From positions 134,354,001 through 134,418,000 of the forward strand of contig OX597815.1 of assembly GCA_951406725.2 (NCBI GenBank): DNA of 64,000 nt, given 5' to 3'. Of the stretch, positions 12,838 through 26,284 are shown piece by piece. The first letter of the stretch is position 1. Each line of letters starts with the position of its first letter. This stretch comes from Octopus vulgaris. Taxonomy: Eukaryota. The position numbers and the translations under genes were made by a program. A model generated the notes under the pieces. That model was not told the DNA's origin. It saw only the letters and a list, made by a program, of their open reading frames with translations, and did not search any database.

Positions 12838-14468
12838 TTAAGAGACTGATAGTATAAGTACAGACTTTAACAAAAGGTAAGTACTGAGGTAGACTCATTG
12901 GACTAAACCCTTCAAGGTGGTTTCCTGGTATGGTTGCAGTCCAGTGACTAAAACAAGTAAAACATTGAACTAGGCTTGCTTTCCATCTCCACACAACTCT
13001 TGTTATCAGAAATCTCTTAGCATGTATGGTAGAACTAATATCATCTAATATTTACATACAAATGCAAAGACCTCTGCTTGCAAAGACTTGTTGATGCAAG
13101 TGAAATCAAAATCGAAATTGAATTTGAAATCGAACCAAATTCGACTGCCACCCATGCCCACCTTCCTCCATTGGACACTAAACTCTGCTTGTGAAGACCT
13201 GTTGGGGCAAGTGAAATCGAAATTGAACCAAATTCGATGACTGGTACCTGTGCCAGTGGAGCGCTAACAGCTCCATCCGAGCGGGATCACTGCCAGAGCA
13301 GCTGTCTGGCTTCCGTGCCAGTGGCACGTAAAAGCCACCATTTGAGTGTGATCATTGCCTGCATCGACCTACTGGCATGTGAACAAAACATTCGAGCGAG
13401 GTCGTTGCCAGTGCTGCTGGACTGACTCCTGTGCAGGTGGCACATAAAAAACATCATCTGAGCGAGGCTGTTGCTAGTACTGCCAGACTGGCCCTCGTGC
13501 CAGTGGCACGTAAAAGCACCCACTACACTCTCGGAGTGGTTGGCGTTAGGAAGGGCATCCAGCAGTAGAAACTCTGCCAGATCAGACTGGAGCCTGGTGC
13601 AGCCATCTGGTTCGCCAGTCCTCAGTCAAATCGTTCAACTCATGCTAGCATGGAAAGCGGACGTTAAATGATGATGATGATGATTTTATTGATCAAATAC
13701 AAGGTCAGTTTTTTATGAAGGAGGACGTAAGGTTGGCAACTGAATGAATTATGGAATATTTTATTTGCACATATTTTATTAATCAAAAGTAAAGTAAACA
13801 CTCATGGAAATAGACCTTAAAATCCAGAAATATAAAACTATATACAGCAACATAGTTAGTTTGGTTCTATTGTTATTGTTGTTGTTTAACCCTAAGCCAG
13901 TGTGAAACCAAACAGAACTTTGATTAAAGGTGTTCTAGCCATGAACACCTCATCTTTTATATTTATGCATAATGTATTTACGACTAACTTATCCAACATG
14001 TCTCCCCACTTTTAAAATGTAAAGTAATGTTTTCACAGGACCACAAACGTTTTTACAGAAGATTGGAAAGAACTCCATTTGCATGAAAGTGACACTTGTT
14101 TACAAATATCATGTAATGTTAAGAGAAAGATACAGTAACACACACATACAATGGGCTTCTTTCAGTTTTCATCTACCAAATCTACATCCAAGGCCTTGAT
14201 CAGCCCTGGAACTATAGTGGAATATACTTGCCCAAGGTGCCACGCAGTGGAACTGAACCCAAGACCATGTGATTGGGAAGCAAACTTCTTACCACACAGC
14301 CACACATACACCTCATTAGCTATATACAGAATATAAGCATACTTTTCGCTTTCTGGATTTAACAAATTAAATATTTTCAAAAGTAGTTAAATGATAATGA
14401 GGTCAAATAAGAATTCCAACAATCAATAATTTACATATGAACACTAATAAAAAAAATGACTTACATAC

Positions 14469-14575
14469 CTACAAGATCTCTGTGAGGTCCAACATCCATT
14501 GAATTCCAATTCCATGATACTTTTGATGGCCAATTTGTGAAACCTTCATGATGTTTGCTTGTTAGTACTACATAT
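14469..14575 (-). CDS. FUCA: Alpha-L-fucosidase exon 2
   Basis: tacag|A TAT..GTA G|gtatgt. Encodes [36 protein letters not shown], with the GH29 KHHEGF motif. 107 nt, phase 2 to 1. Confidence 0.97.
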
Positions 14576-15284
14576 CTGTAAGATAACATAAATTTGTGGT
14601 GAGTTTGGCAGTAAACAAGATTTGATTTTTTTTTTACTAGACACAAAACTATGTTTTAGGAGAGAAATATAACTGATCAGATTCACTATAGAATATTGTT
14701 AGAACTTATTCTATTACTGAGGGTACGTCTTTGTGACGATTTGATCTGCTAGAAATAGCAGTTAAATATACTTCAAATCACATCCTACCATCTTAAAAAA
14801 TAAGGACACATTGGATATTGTAGTTATAGATCTGAGTTACAAAAAGATGGGGGTCTATTAGGCTGTTTTTTTCAGGGCTGATCTGGGACTGACAAACAAC
14901 TTTAGAGAGATGAAAGTTAAAACTGAGCCAAGTGGAATTTAAACTCAGAATAAAGAGACTCAAAATAAAAAATTGTATGGAATGTGTTTCATAGAAGCTT
15001 CTATAATTATTTTATTGTAAAGTTGTTTTTGTTTTGTTGATTGATTTGTTAGTGTGATGATGATGGGCAGATAAGTTACGAGATTTGGGAATCTGTCCAT
15101 ATGTTTGTTGTGGTTGGATGTGGGTCAGAGGTGAATGTGGTATCTGGAGAGGAACAAGCTTTGTGAAACATTTAGGTGTCTTGGGTTGGATTTGTTGAGT
15201 TATCTACATTATTTTTCTAGTATGATATGAGTTTCTTTCGTTCTATAGCAACAAAAAAAAATTTTTTTTACAAAAACTGTTTAA

Positions 15285-15481
15285 CCCTTTAGCATTCAGA
15301 TTATTCTGTCAAATGTAATATTTATTCACATTGTTTCTCATAGTTTCAAGGTTTTGATGATGTCACTATTTATTTTTAAACTGACATTATAGAGTAGTTA
15401 TGAAAGGCTGGATCTGGCTGGCTTGCACATGAAACAGGTAGAATATTTGGGCCAGATATGGCTAGTCTGAATGCTAAAGAA
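15285..15481. mobile_element. Second copy of the piggyBac-type MITE
   Basis: TTAA|CCCTTTAGCATTCAGA...TCTGAATGCTAAAGAA|TTAA. Internal sequence is similar to 12631-12837. Confidence 0.75.
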
Positions 15482-17400
15482 TTAAAGATTAAATAAAATT
15501 TGTCTTAAATGGTTTCACTATATCTCCTAATTTTAAAGCATTTCAAATCTAGAACTTCCCTTCATCATCATTTTAACATCCACCAGTCCTTACTCGCAAG
15601 CGTCAGATGGAACTTGTTGAGTCAGATTTCTTACAGTTTGGTTCTATTGTTGTTGTCTAACCTTAAGTCAGTATTGACCAAACAGAACTTTGATTAAAGG
15701 TTTTCTATCCATGACCACCTCATCTTTTATATTTATGCATAATGTATTTATGACTAACTTATCCAACATGTCTCCAACCCTCACCTTTTTCTAAGTCAAT
15801 ATTTCCCCATGACCAGACATATTTTCACAGAAGATTGGAAACAAAGGACACTGCTTGCATGACAGTGACACTTATTTACAACTGTCATACAATGTTAAAG
15901 AAAGATGACAGTAACACACACACTTCAGCATGGCTGCAGTCAGATGACTGAAACAAGTAACAGAGTAATACACAACACACACACACACACACACAACAAA
16001 CTTCTTTCAGTTTCCAGCTATCAAATCCACCTACAAGGCTTTAGTTGGCCCAGGGTTATAATAGAAGACACTTGCCTAAAGTGCCATGCAGTGAGACTAA
16101 ACCTAAAACCATGTGGTTGGCAAGCAAACTTCTTTATAAACAAATATTAATTTTTTAAGTGAGCAGATGATAAATAATACCACTTATGCAAATGCGTTAA
16201 GCAATGGTCACTATAACTGCCTCCCCTATCCATCTCTATCTACCTTTCCTTAACCCCATCATTCTCTGCTAAATATTGTATCCTAAACATATCTCTTTCT
16301 CTCTTCACCTTTCCCTTCTGCTAACTTTTTAACCACGTAATAAGTATTCCTTTCCTACCCCACTGCATATCATTAACACTTCTCTTTCCCCACTTTTCTC
16401 TCATTCTTAGCCTCTACCTTCAGCTGACCATGAGACACATTTGGCCTAAGTGTACTATTTCTTTACTTCTCCCTCCCCTTCTCTCACTAAAGTATAACAG
16501 GTGAACAAACAAGCAGATTATTATATAGAAAAAAAAACATTCTAGCGGGGTTGTTGCCAGTGCCGCTGGACTGGCTCCTGTGCAGGTGGCACATAAAAAG
16601 CACCATTTGAGTGTGGCCGTTGCCAGTACCACCTAACTGGCCCTCGTGCAGGTGGCACGTAAAAGCATCCACTGCACTCTCGGAGTGGTTGGCATTAGGA
16701 AGGGCATCCAGCTGTAGAAACTCTGCCAGATCAGATTGGAGTCTGGTGCAGCCATCTGGTTCGCCAGACCTCAGTCAAATCGTCCAACCCATGCTAGCAT
16801 GGAAAGCGGACGTTAAACGACGATAATGATGATGATATAGATTCAACCTTTTGCCAAATTTTTGCAGGAAAGTGTTGCATATCAAACACTGATGACGAAT
16901 GACCAGGTCTACGTATTTATGCCACCTCTCAATAAAAAGTTACAGAGAATGATCTTCAACTCAAAAGAAATCATAATCATTAGGTATGGGACCTCAGAAC
17001 CAATAAAGACATCCTCCCTGATCAAATTCCCACCTGAATACTGAAGGAATAGTGTGTGGAACTGGCCATGCCCCTGTGATCCCTATTTCCCTTGTGCTTT
17101 ACTGGAGCTGCTTTTCCAAACCAATGGAAGATTGCCTCTATAACTCCTAAATATATGAGAGACTCTATATCTGATCTATTTCGTGATGTAGCCTATAGCC
17201 ACAAATGACTGTAAGGCTATAGGCTAAACAAGCAATTCATTTATAAAAATTCATTCAGCTTATGACCAAACATGTTATAACGTGATAGACTGTATACAGC
17301 AAGGAATGAAGCCAAATGATTTATATAGATTTTTTAAAGTGTACATTTACAACAGTAATAAGCAAGTGAGATTTGGAGTGCAGAAAAGAGAAAAAAATAC

Positions 17401-17762
17401 TTGGCTCCAGCAGCTTCAAATAAGTTTGCCCATTCTCTAGCATTGAAAAATTCCGTGGTAAATTTCGGCGCAAAATCTGCATAAGTAAAGTCAGGAGGAT
17501 AATTCTTGTTCATAAAATCAACATAATAAGGGTTTTTACTTCCTTTCCAGTACCACCAAAACCACTCGGAACCATAGCTCGGTACGGAGAAAACGCCCCA
17601 GTGAAGAAATATACCAAACTTCGCCTCGTCGTACCATGAAGGAATAATTCTTTTATCAAGAGATTCCCAGTTAGGTTGATATTCGGCATCAGTTTGTTGT
17701 AAAAGAAGAGAGAGTAGAAACAACAAATACAGCCCACACATCCTTGCCGCAGTCGCCATCAT
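17401..17762 (-). CDS. FUCA: Alpha-L-fucosidase (GH29) coding exon 1 (signal peptide and N-terminus)
   Basis: Encodes [81 protein letters not shown] donor at 17400-17399. 362 nt, ends in phase 2. Confidence 0.97.
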
Positions 17763-18009
17763 TTATAACGTGATCAAAATATAATCGAGAGTAATCTCCC
17801 TTGAACAAATATTTTATTTGCATATTTGTTTCTGGCGCTAATTGTTTTATTTGATCTCGTGACCTACTTGTTAAATAGGGTGGAAGAATAACTGGAACCA
17901 GAAGTATAGCCCATAAAAAAAAAGCGCCGTGACACATACCAAACAATTTTTAACACATTTCTGATATTACGCGATATATTTAGTTGTAATGTAACTCTAT
18001 TCTACAATT

Positions 18010-19690
18010 GACTCGTAGCGAAGCCTGGACTGGCAGCCGAACACAACCAGTTTGCCGCTGGAAAAGGTGTCGCAGTATATGACATCCTAGATGACGGGGC
18101 CCTACCACCGTGGAACGTGAAAACTGTCATGCCATCAGGCTTTTTATCGACCCCACTCCCTAGCTCTGCTGGCTCGAGCTGGGAGGGGAAGCCTGCAGTG
18201 TCTAGGCCATGGTTTATGATCTCACTGAGAGCAGTTCCCGATCAGGTTCAGTCTGTTTGTCAGAGTTTCGAACTGGCATAGCCTGGACCTGAGCGTAGAG
18301 CAAATGGTAGGATAGGATCAACAAATCAAGGTTCTTTCGAGGCCACTTGCATCTGGTGGAGTAATGATCACTCCTCCAAGATGAAGGCTGTGAAGCCATC
18401 TACAATATGAATGAGTTCATCACTAGGCTGATCCTCGCCTGAGCAGGAACAACTGGTTGAAAATCATGCAGACACTCTCATTGCATCGTCCAGGTACCAA
18501 ACGCTGAGAGGAGTTACAATGCTACGAACAACGCTGTCCATCCTGAGAATGAAGAAGAGGGAGTCGAATGGATCGCTCTGTTGGACACCAATCAAAGACG
18601 GTATAATCTTGTCCGTAGTTAGAAGCATGCTTGGAGATACGTGTGACAAGTAAGCCAGCAGGTAGGTAGATGGAGTTGGCTTTGAGAAAGTGGTCGCGAC
18701 GCAGACATTCGAAGGTATTTTTCATGTCAAGCTTAATAATCCTTTCTACTGTAGGCACAAGACCTGAAATTTTGTGGGAGGGGGCAAATCGATTACATCA
18801 ACCCCAGTATTTGACTGGTAGTCAATTTATCAACCCCGAAAGGATGAAAGGCAAAATCAACCTTGGCGGAATCTGAGCTCAGAACATAGCTGCAGACGAA
18901 ATACCTATTTCTTTACTACCCACAAGGAGCTAAACACAGAGAGGACAAACAAGGACAGACAAACGGATTAAGTCGGTTATATCGACCCCAGTCCGTAACT
19001 GGTACTTATTTTAATCGACCACGAAAGGATGAAAGGCAAAGTCGACCTCGGCGGAATTTGAACTCAGAACGTAACGGCAGACGAAATACCTATTTCTTTA
19101 TTACCCACAAGGGGCTGAACATAGAGGAGACAAACATGGACAGACATAGGTATTAAGTCGATTATATCGATCCCAGTGCTTAACTGGTACTTAATTTATC
19201 GACCCCGAAAGGATGAAAGGCAAAGTCGACCTCGGCGGAATTTGAACTCACAACGTAACGGCAGACGAAATACCGCTAAGCATTTCGCCCGGCGTGCTAA
19301 CTTTTCTGCCCACTCGCCGCCTTAAATGTCAAGCTTAATAATAAGGTGCTTAGAATCATTCAGTACCAGCTCGGAAGGACAGTGATTGGAGAAGTTTCTG
19401 GCGACGTGGGTGGTTCTACCGAAGCTTCCCAAACTGGTAGATGTTGACCAGTGAGGGTTGGGCTTCGAGCATGCATGCTGTCTTGCCTGAGAGTGTTGCA
19501 GATGACCGCAGCCGAGAGAAAGAGGCAGCTGAGAGCGCATTTGAGGTCCGTCGTGTCAAGCCGACACAAGAGAGATGACGGAAGCAGCCACACCCCAAAC
19601 AACTCCTGATTCTCTTCCACATATTGATGATAGCACCCTGCGGGAATGGGAGTGAAGCGAACAACCAGGCACTATAGCACTGTTCGGCAA
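18010..19690 (-). mobile_element. Decayed CRE-like non-LTR retrotransposon (RT plus RLE endonuclease), split by a SINE
   Basis: LDMKNTFECLRRDH, GVQQSDPFDSLFF and WYLDDA are RT motifs. AGFPSQLEP..DKKPDGMTVF (18200-18120) is the PD motif of a restriction-like endonuclease. Confidence 0.7.
18741..19325 (-). mobile_element. tRNA-derived SINE family B, trimeric copy with a 17-bp TSD
   Basis: Head ggcggcgag..gagttcaaattccgccgaggtcgac, with an internal unit of about 185 bp repeated. TSD ATGTCAAGCTTAATAAT at 18724-18740 and 19326-19342. Other copies near 22220-22390, 30015-30270, 39770-39935. Confidence 0.85.
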
Positions 19691-20159
19691 AGTGGGTGTA
19701 GTAATTTTTTAAGGTCGAGTCAAGCTCGATTGATAATAGTTTTTAGAAGATGGGTGACAGATGAAGTTATAATGCTGATGAGGTGATGGTTGCTGGATTG
19801 AACAAACTAAGGGCTCGAGTTGTGTAGAAAAAGGTGTAAGATGTAGAAGTGGTTGTTGAGTTTGTGCGTGTGTGTTAGTGCGTGCACGTGTGTGTGTCGG
19901 AGTGTATGAAAGGAGAAAGATGAAACTGAGAAAAAAGAAATTTGAAATATGTGAAAATGAATAGATAAAAGTACAATGAAGAGATAGATAGATAGATAGA
20001 TAGATAGAGAGGGGGGAGAGAGAGAGAAATCTGAAGGAAAAGAAATTTGAGATGTTTGAAATCTACACCCCTTTCTCTTTCTGTCGATCACTATATGTAA
20101 CTTGTCTATCCACTAATATGTATGTTTGTATGTATATATATATATATATCTTTATCACG

Positions 20160-20870
20160 TAGTGGATCATATATCCGAAATAGACTCACGCTCTAAAGTT
20201 TGAGCAATAATATCTTTACAGGAAGTTAATTATACAGTCGGTCATAGTCACCGATGGTTTCACATCCATAAAGCGCTTAGCCTTATAGACGACTCATCAG
20301 ACTTCAAAAAATATCATATATTGTCTCAGCCATTAACAAGATGGGGTATCGCCCTTAGATCGGGGTATCGCCCTTATCGACAAACGGGGAATCTCAAGCC
20401 TGCAGCAGGTAGCGTTTAATAGGGTCTTCGGGTTAAACAAGACTTTAAGGATCCTTGCTCACTCTGCTATACAAAGCTTGTATCATCTACTCCCGTTTAT
20501 ATAGAACCCTGGTTGCTCTATGAGCTTCCATTTAATTTCATATGTAGTTCTTTTATCCTTAAGGCGTCACACATGGCAAGTCAAGTCCATGACATAACGT
20601 CTTTCTGGAACCCTAAAAGATGACCTGTTGTTGTACAGGCGTTGCTTAATAGCAGTTCCAACCAAACCAATGTATCTCCAAGCTTGAGTACTGGTTGTGT
20701 TATCGCCTCCGGTGTTTCTTCCGTTGGCGGCCACAGGCCTGATATTGTTGTTGTTACTGCTATCACTACCGTCAGTGCTGTTATTACAGGGCGTGGGTCT
20801 GGTGATACCACTGTTGCTGTTGCAGTAATCATTTGTAAGAATTAGCACTTCCTTCTCTAAGCCTAGATTC
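20160..20870 (-). mobile_element. Penelope-like element GIY-YIG endonuclease end plus terminal repeat
   Basis: WRYIGLVGTAIKQRLYNNRSSF..., then YEIKWKLI..YINGSR*YKLCIAE*ARIL. A hammerhead motif lies in the downstream terminal region. Confidence 0.8.
20246..20303 (-). ncRNA. Type I hammerhead-ribozyme motif in a Penelope terminal repeat (probably inactive)
   Basis: AGT-CTGATGA-[long stem II]-GAA-ACC atc GGT-G-ACT. The core is intact but position 17 is G. The homologous copy at 22110-22165(+) has A there. Confidence 0.6.
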
Positions 20871-21339
20871 GAAATCGAATCCAAGAATCATCGTTCGTCC
20901 AAAGCAATGCAATTAAAGGCGCGAAAATAGGATCTCTTTGTTCTGTCAAAAAGTGATTGATCATCTCCCTTTGACCTGCGACCTTCAGCCATGTCAGGCT
21001 GAGTTCAAATGGACAAATGCTGACCTAAATAAGCACTGTCTCTATTGCAATATGTCTGTTTTTCTAGCTGTCTCAAATATTATAAATACAGGGAAAAACA
21101 GAGAAAGCAAACAATCGCAGCGGAGACGACAGACAGAGAAAGGCTCACAGTATCTATCGACTACTGTTTCGAATGAAACACGCACACACACAAACATATT
21201 CATTTTTAATATGTGTTCTATACAAGCAATTCGTAGCATTTGCTTACATTTGTATGTAGTGTACTTATAACCCTGTAAATAAATCCCTTTTTAATCATGA
21301 AATAGTTTATGTATTTGTTTACATACACACACAACCACT

Positions 21340-22190
21340 ACACATTCCCAGTCACAGTATTAGTGTTGCCTGTTTTGTTGTGGCTGCCATTGGTGTGATT
21401 TCTGGGTGTGGGACTGGTAGTTCCACTGGTGCTGGCATGGCTGTCATCTCCGGCCATGGTACTGGTATTGGTGCTGTGGTCGTAGTTGCTGGTTTTAGTG
21501 TCTCTGCGGCTGCTGTCTCCGCCATTGTCATTGTTGTCGCCAATTAAATGACAGGTCATAGAACAATCAGGTCCTATATAAATGGGAGCAGACAATGCAA
21601 GCTTTGTATAGCAAGGTGGGCAAGGATTCTTACAGACTCACTTGAAACACCATCAAGCAGTACCTCTGCAACCATAAATCCTCATTTAGGATCTCAGAAA
21701 GACATTATATCACATTCTTGGCCAGCCATATATGGCACCTGAAGGATGAAGGGACTCCACATGCAAGATCTTATAAAAGCTGGGTTCCTGCATCTGTGGG
21801 AGCAAACATTGCAAGCTGTGCATAGTGGAATTAGTGAGGATATTAAAGAGCTCCCTCAACCTGGAGAACATCTTAAATTCCAGGGTGGAAGTCTTCAGAT
21901 CTTGTGTACACTTCGGGTGATTCCTATTGAAATCCTGGGACCTACACGCTAACTGGGTGGATTCCGGATAGTGATCTAAGGGAGACAATCCCTTAAGCTT
22001 ATCCTTTCTTTGTGTGTTCAAAACCTAGCCATGATGCGTTTTCTCCTTCCAATATGAAGAGAGGTTATAGGCCACTAGGGTCTGCGTAAAGCCAAGTACA
22101 TGATATAACGTGCTTTATGGATGTGAAACCCTGGGTAGCCCTATGAACTGGCCATAATTAACATTCTCTAAAATAAATAAATATTAGTGC
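21340..22190. mobile_element. Rearranged Penelope-like fragments of mixed orientation
   Basis: 21541-21650(+) encodes IRSYINGSRQCKLCIARWARIL, homologous and inverted to 20440-20550. 22110-22165 repeats gctttatggatgtgaaacc..ataattaac inverted to 20225-20275. A Thr/Asn-rich piece at 21340-21540 is on the minus strand. Confidence 0.7.
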
Positions 22191-22760
22191 ATGAAATGAT
22201 TTACATGTGCAGCTTCATCTGCTGCTATGTTCTGAGTTCAAATTCCGCCGAGGTCGACTTTGCCTTTCATCCTTTCGGGGTTGATAAATTAAGTACCAGT
22301 TACGCACTGGGGTCAATGTAATCGACTTAATCCGTGTGTCTGTCCTTGTTTGTCCCCTCTGTTTTTAGCCCCTTGTGGGTAGTAAAGAAATAGATTTACA
22401 TGTGCAGAAGGGAGTCAGCAGAAAGTAACAATTGTATGCACTGAATAAATGAGAGGAGAAATATTGTTGTTAGTTGAAATGGTCTGTTATTTTACAATGT
22501 AAAATACAATTTCTTCAAGCTATTGCACTACACAGATTATTTGTAGTTCTGTTATCAATTCTATTGGTAGTTAGCTTCATCTATGAATGACTGCAAGAAG
22601 ACAGATAGCAAAAGGAGAGAAAGTGTAAGAGAGTCTACCTCTCTGAGTTGAAAAGTAGAGAGGGTAAAAGTTGTATTTTCCTGGGTGACAAGCCATAAAT
22701 AAAGGTAGAAAAAAAAGAGATGTACTCTTTGAGGCAAATGCCCAATGAAAGTGAACAGGA

Positions 22761-22899
22761 GTAGCTTGCTTACCAACCACATGGTTCTGGGTTCAGTCCC
22801 ACTGCATGGCACCTTGGGCAAGTGTCTTCTGCTATAGCCTCGGGTCAACCAAAGCCTTGTGAGTGGATTTGGTAGATGGAAACTGAAAGAAGCCTGTCG

Positions 22900-22934
<35 letters not shown>

Positions 22935-23115
22935 CCAACATCGCTTGACAACCGATGCTGGTGTGTTTACATTCCTGTAACTTAGCGGTTCGGCAAAAGT
23001 GACCAATAGAATAAGTACTAGGCTTACAAACAATAAGTCCTGGGGTCGATTTGCTCAACTAAATGTGGTGCTCTAGCATGGCCACAGTCAAAATGACTGA
23101 AACAAGTAAAAGAGT
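22761..23115 (+). mobile_element. Family-A SINE, well preserved copy
   Basis: Same head, core and tail as the 3927-4255 copy. It faces an inverted copy at 23400-23770. Confidence 0.85.
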
Positions 23116-25039
23116 AAACCAATTTTGGATTCTGTATTTATATTTTTTTAAACAAAATTAGGTCAGGCTAAACAAAGAATTTTCCATCTATCTTGTCCGA
23201 ACTCTATTTAACCTAAGAATCTTCATTTAAACAATAGAAGTCCTTTAAATGTGTCAGTTGGCTCTAATAAATTTCTGAGTGCAAAGGCCAAAAACAGTAG
23301 GAAGGAATTGTAGAAAAATCTTGATTCAGTTTTGAATCTTGGCCAAGAATCTAGGAAGCTATTTGTTACATATATATATATGATATACTGTGTGTGTATC
23401 TTTTATCTGTTACTTTTTTCAGTCATTAGACTGCAGCCATTCTGGGGCACCACCCTGAAGAACTTGAGTCAAACAAATCAACCCCAATACTTATTTTTTT
23501 AAATCCCCAATGCAAATTCTATCGATCTCTTTTGCCAAACCACTTAAGTTATGGGAATGTAAACATTCAACACCAGTTGTCAAGTGGGACACACACACAC
23601 TCATATATATATATATATACATACACAAAGGCTTCTTTCAACCAAATCCACTCACAAGGCTTTGGTTAACCTGGTACTATAGTAAAAGACACTTGCCCAA
23701 GGTGCCACACAGTGGGACTGAACCTAGAACCATGTGGTTGGGAAGCAAACTTCTTACCTCATAGCCATATACATATATAATATATATACATTGTTACGAA
23801 AATGTTTTACTTGGAAAGGAAAAGTGGATTTTCATTTAAGACTATTGATTTGAACCTGAATCTACAGAATTCCCTTTTAGCATACCTCAGCACTTTCTCA
23901 CAGAGAGACAAGAATTAATAGCTGAGACATTCAACACAAACCGATTTATGTATTCTCCACTTGACCCTTTTAACCCCTCCTATACAAACAATAGCTGATA
24001 GGAGATAAGGAAGATACCAACTGCAGTTCCCATTGTTTTCAGAGTGACATGTCTCTCTTTCTCCTCCTGTTACAATAATTGTAAATAGAGACTCGCTAGC
24101 TAAAATCAGTTAGTCAAAAGAGTTGGTGAGATGAAGATGACAAGCAGCAACTATGATATCTATAACTTTCACTGGCTCACTTTAGAATGACAAGGGTCAT
24201 TCTGTCTTTCTCTGTTGTTGTTGCTGAAATGGCAGGCAGAACATTGGCATCATTCTGTCTTTCTCCTCTATTTCACCGTCTCTATTACCCTTTAAAGGTT
24301 TATTACTACAACTAACGACATAAACAGTAACCAACAACACAAGAAGAAAATGGTAAGAGCGACTTCCCTTTTGCAATGAAACAAGAAAATCCACCTGTCT
24401 TTAAGAACTGATATATATTCAACTATTTGTAACAGCTCTGTGCTTGAACTCTGATATTTTATGACGGCTTGTGTTTAGGACTCAGATGATTATAACAGCT
24501 TTGAGCTGCATTTGATCTGTGTGTTTTATGCCATTCATTTAATACACATCTAAAATCCTACAGGTTGTTGTTTAATTTGCTGTTGCCTTTGTCTAACCCA
24601 TAACGAAATATACATGCACGCACGCACACACACACACATATAAGCACTTCAATTAATCAATGCTCCCCATCATGTCACCCTCCCCTACATCCTATCATCC
24701 ACTGCAGCTCTCCTCCCTCCATGACTTTTCCCCACCGCTTGCAACCCAGAAACCTCTCACTTGTTAACCATTCTTCACTCATTAATACTTTTTTCCATAC
24801 CTTCATGTTACAGTAGTCATCGTTTTCCCTCCCCAGACCACCAAATTATTACTCCTCATGCACTAAGCCTGTTTATCTTTACTCTGCTCCTTCAAGGCTG
24901 TGGTTTAATGGCTAAAACAGGTAAAAGATAAAAGTTTAATGAAAAAATAAACAAAAATAGAGGAAGAGGCATAAATTCCTTTTTTTCATTTTACAATGTT
25001 AAAATCTCTGCAGTTGTCTAAATTTGAAATGTTTACAAC

Positions 25040-25089
25040 AACAAAAAAGAAACAAAAAAGATGAAACAATTGATAAAATATTATTTATT
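25040..25089 (-). terminator. Candidate polyadenylation signal of the BAK-like gene
   Basis: AATAAA on the minus strand at 25089-25084, followed by a GT/T-rich tract (about 25060-25040), about 730 nt after the stop codon. Confidence 0.45.
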
Positions 25090-25813
25090 ATAACATGGAA
25101 TACTTTACACTTTTATATAAGTTTGAAATGAAATTTTATTACTATTATTGAAATTACAATAGTTAGGCAGTCTCCGGCTATTTGATAAATCAATTTGTTT
25201 TTGTTTTAATTTCTTGTTGAAATATAAATGGAATGAATTTTAAGACAATGTAAAGACATATATAATGAGTTAAAGTAACATAAAGTGATATATAATTTCA
25301 CAAATGAAAAGCAGACTACGGATAGCTTCTAACCATCTAGAGAGGAAAGTTGAAAAACCTTTATATATTCCAGGTACAATGACCCAATTTTCAGAAAGAT
25401 AGAGTCAAAGAAATGTGTCAATGAAGACTCTGCTATTTGAATAGCTGAATGGGCTGTAACCTCGTTTCAGTCCAGTGATTGTGCTAACAGTAGCTGACAC
25501 AAGTGTTGTTGGCAATGATGATAAACAACATTGTAGTAGCTGGTGATGGCATTGGTGGTATATGTCCTTTTAGCAGTCATTGACAAGGTGGTGGCTGATA
25601 ATAGCAGCAATAAAAAGTATTATATAATACATTTTAAGATGAAATAAACCGAGATATGAATTTAAAAGATTATATGGTATAAACTTGATTTACATTATAA
25701 TAAAACTAATATATTTATTCCACCCAATTCAGTTTTTTTTTTAAATGTGCAATATAAAATATAATTATGATTTTAAAAACAGAATATCACATTAGAACTC
25801 TAATGAATTTTGT

Positions 25814-25909
25814 CTATGATTTTCTCCACACCAAAAAGCCAGCTATTACTGCAGTAGCTACACCTGCAACCATAATCCATTTCTTAGTTGGTTTTTGAAC
25901 AAGTGCAGT
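25814..25909 (-). CDS. BAK1: BAK-like protein last coding exon (C-terminal transmembrane anchor)
   Basis: ttttgcag|ACT..TCA TAG. Encodes TALVQKPTKKWIMVAGVATAVIAGFLVWRKS*, a hydrophobic helix flanked by basic residues. Joined CDS is 531 nt (176 aa plus stop). Confidence 0.88.
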   Translation of the reverse strand, partial: TALVQKPTKKWIMVAGVATAVIAGFLVWRKS

Positions 25910-26284
25910 CTGCAAAATTTGAAAGAGAAATTAATTTTAATTATCATTATAAGCAAGAATATATAATTATGTTTGGATAGTATAAAGTAATTTTAGTTTG
26001 AGATGCTGGTGCCACATAAAAAGCACTCAGCTCATTCTGCTGGATGGTTGGAAGGGCATCCACTCGTAAAAACCCTGCCAAAACAGACACAGAAGTCTGG
26101 TGCAGTCTCCTACCTGGCCAGCTCCTGTCAAACTGTCCAACCAAAGCCAGCATGGAAGACAGACATTAAATAACAACGACGATGGCGGTGATGACGACGA
26201 CAATAGGATGAAGTAGAAAAAATTGCCTCTTCATGTAGATCTTAAGTTGTCATTTAGCCTTAGGCCAGCCTTGGAGTACCATAA

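Noticed and set aside
17334-17400. C-terminal tail of the 142-aa FUCA ORF (YFFLFSALQ...)
   Set aside because: Read-through into the intron past the GT donor at 17400.
18741-19325. Regularly spaced repeats resembling a CRISPR array
   Set aside because: Eukaryotic context, and the intervening sequences are themselves repeated. It is a SINE multimer.
23792-24605. Possible solo LTR (TGTTAC...ATAACG)
   Set aside because: One terminus is imperfect, and there is no TSD or second copy in the window.
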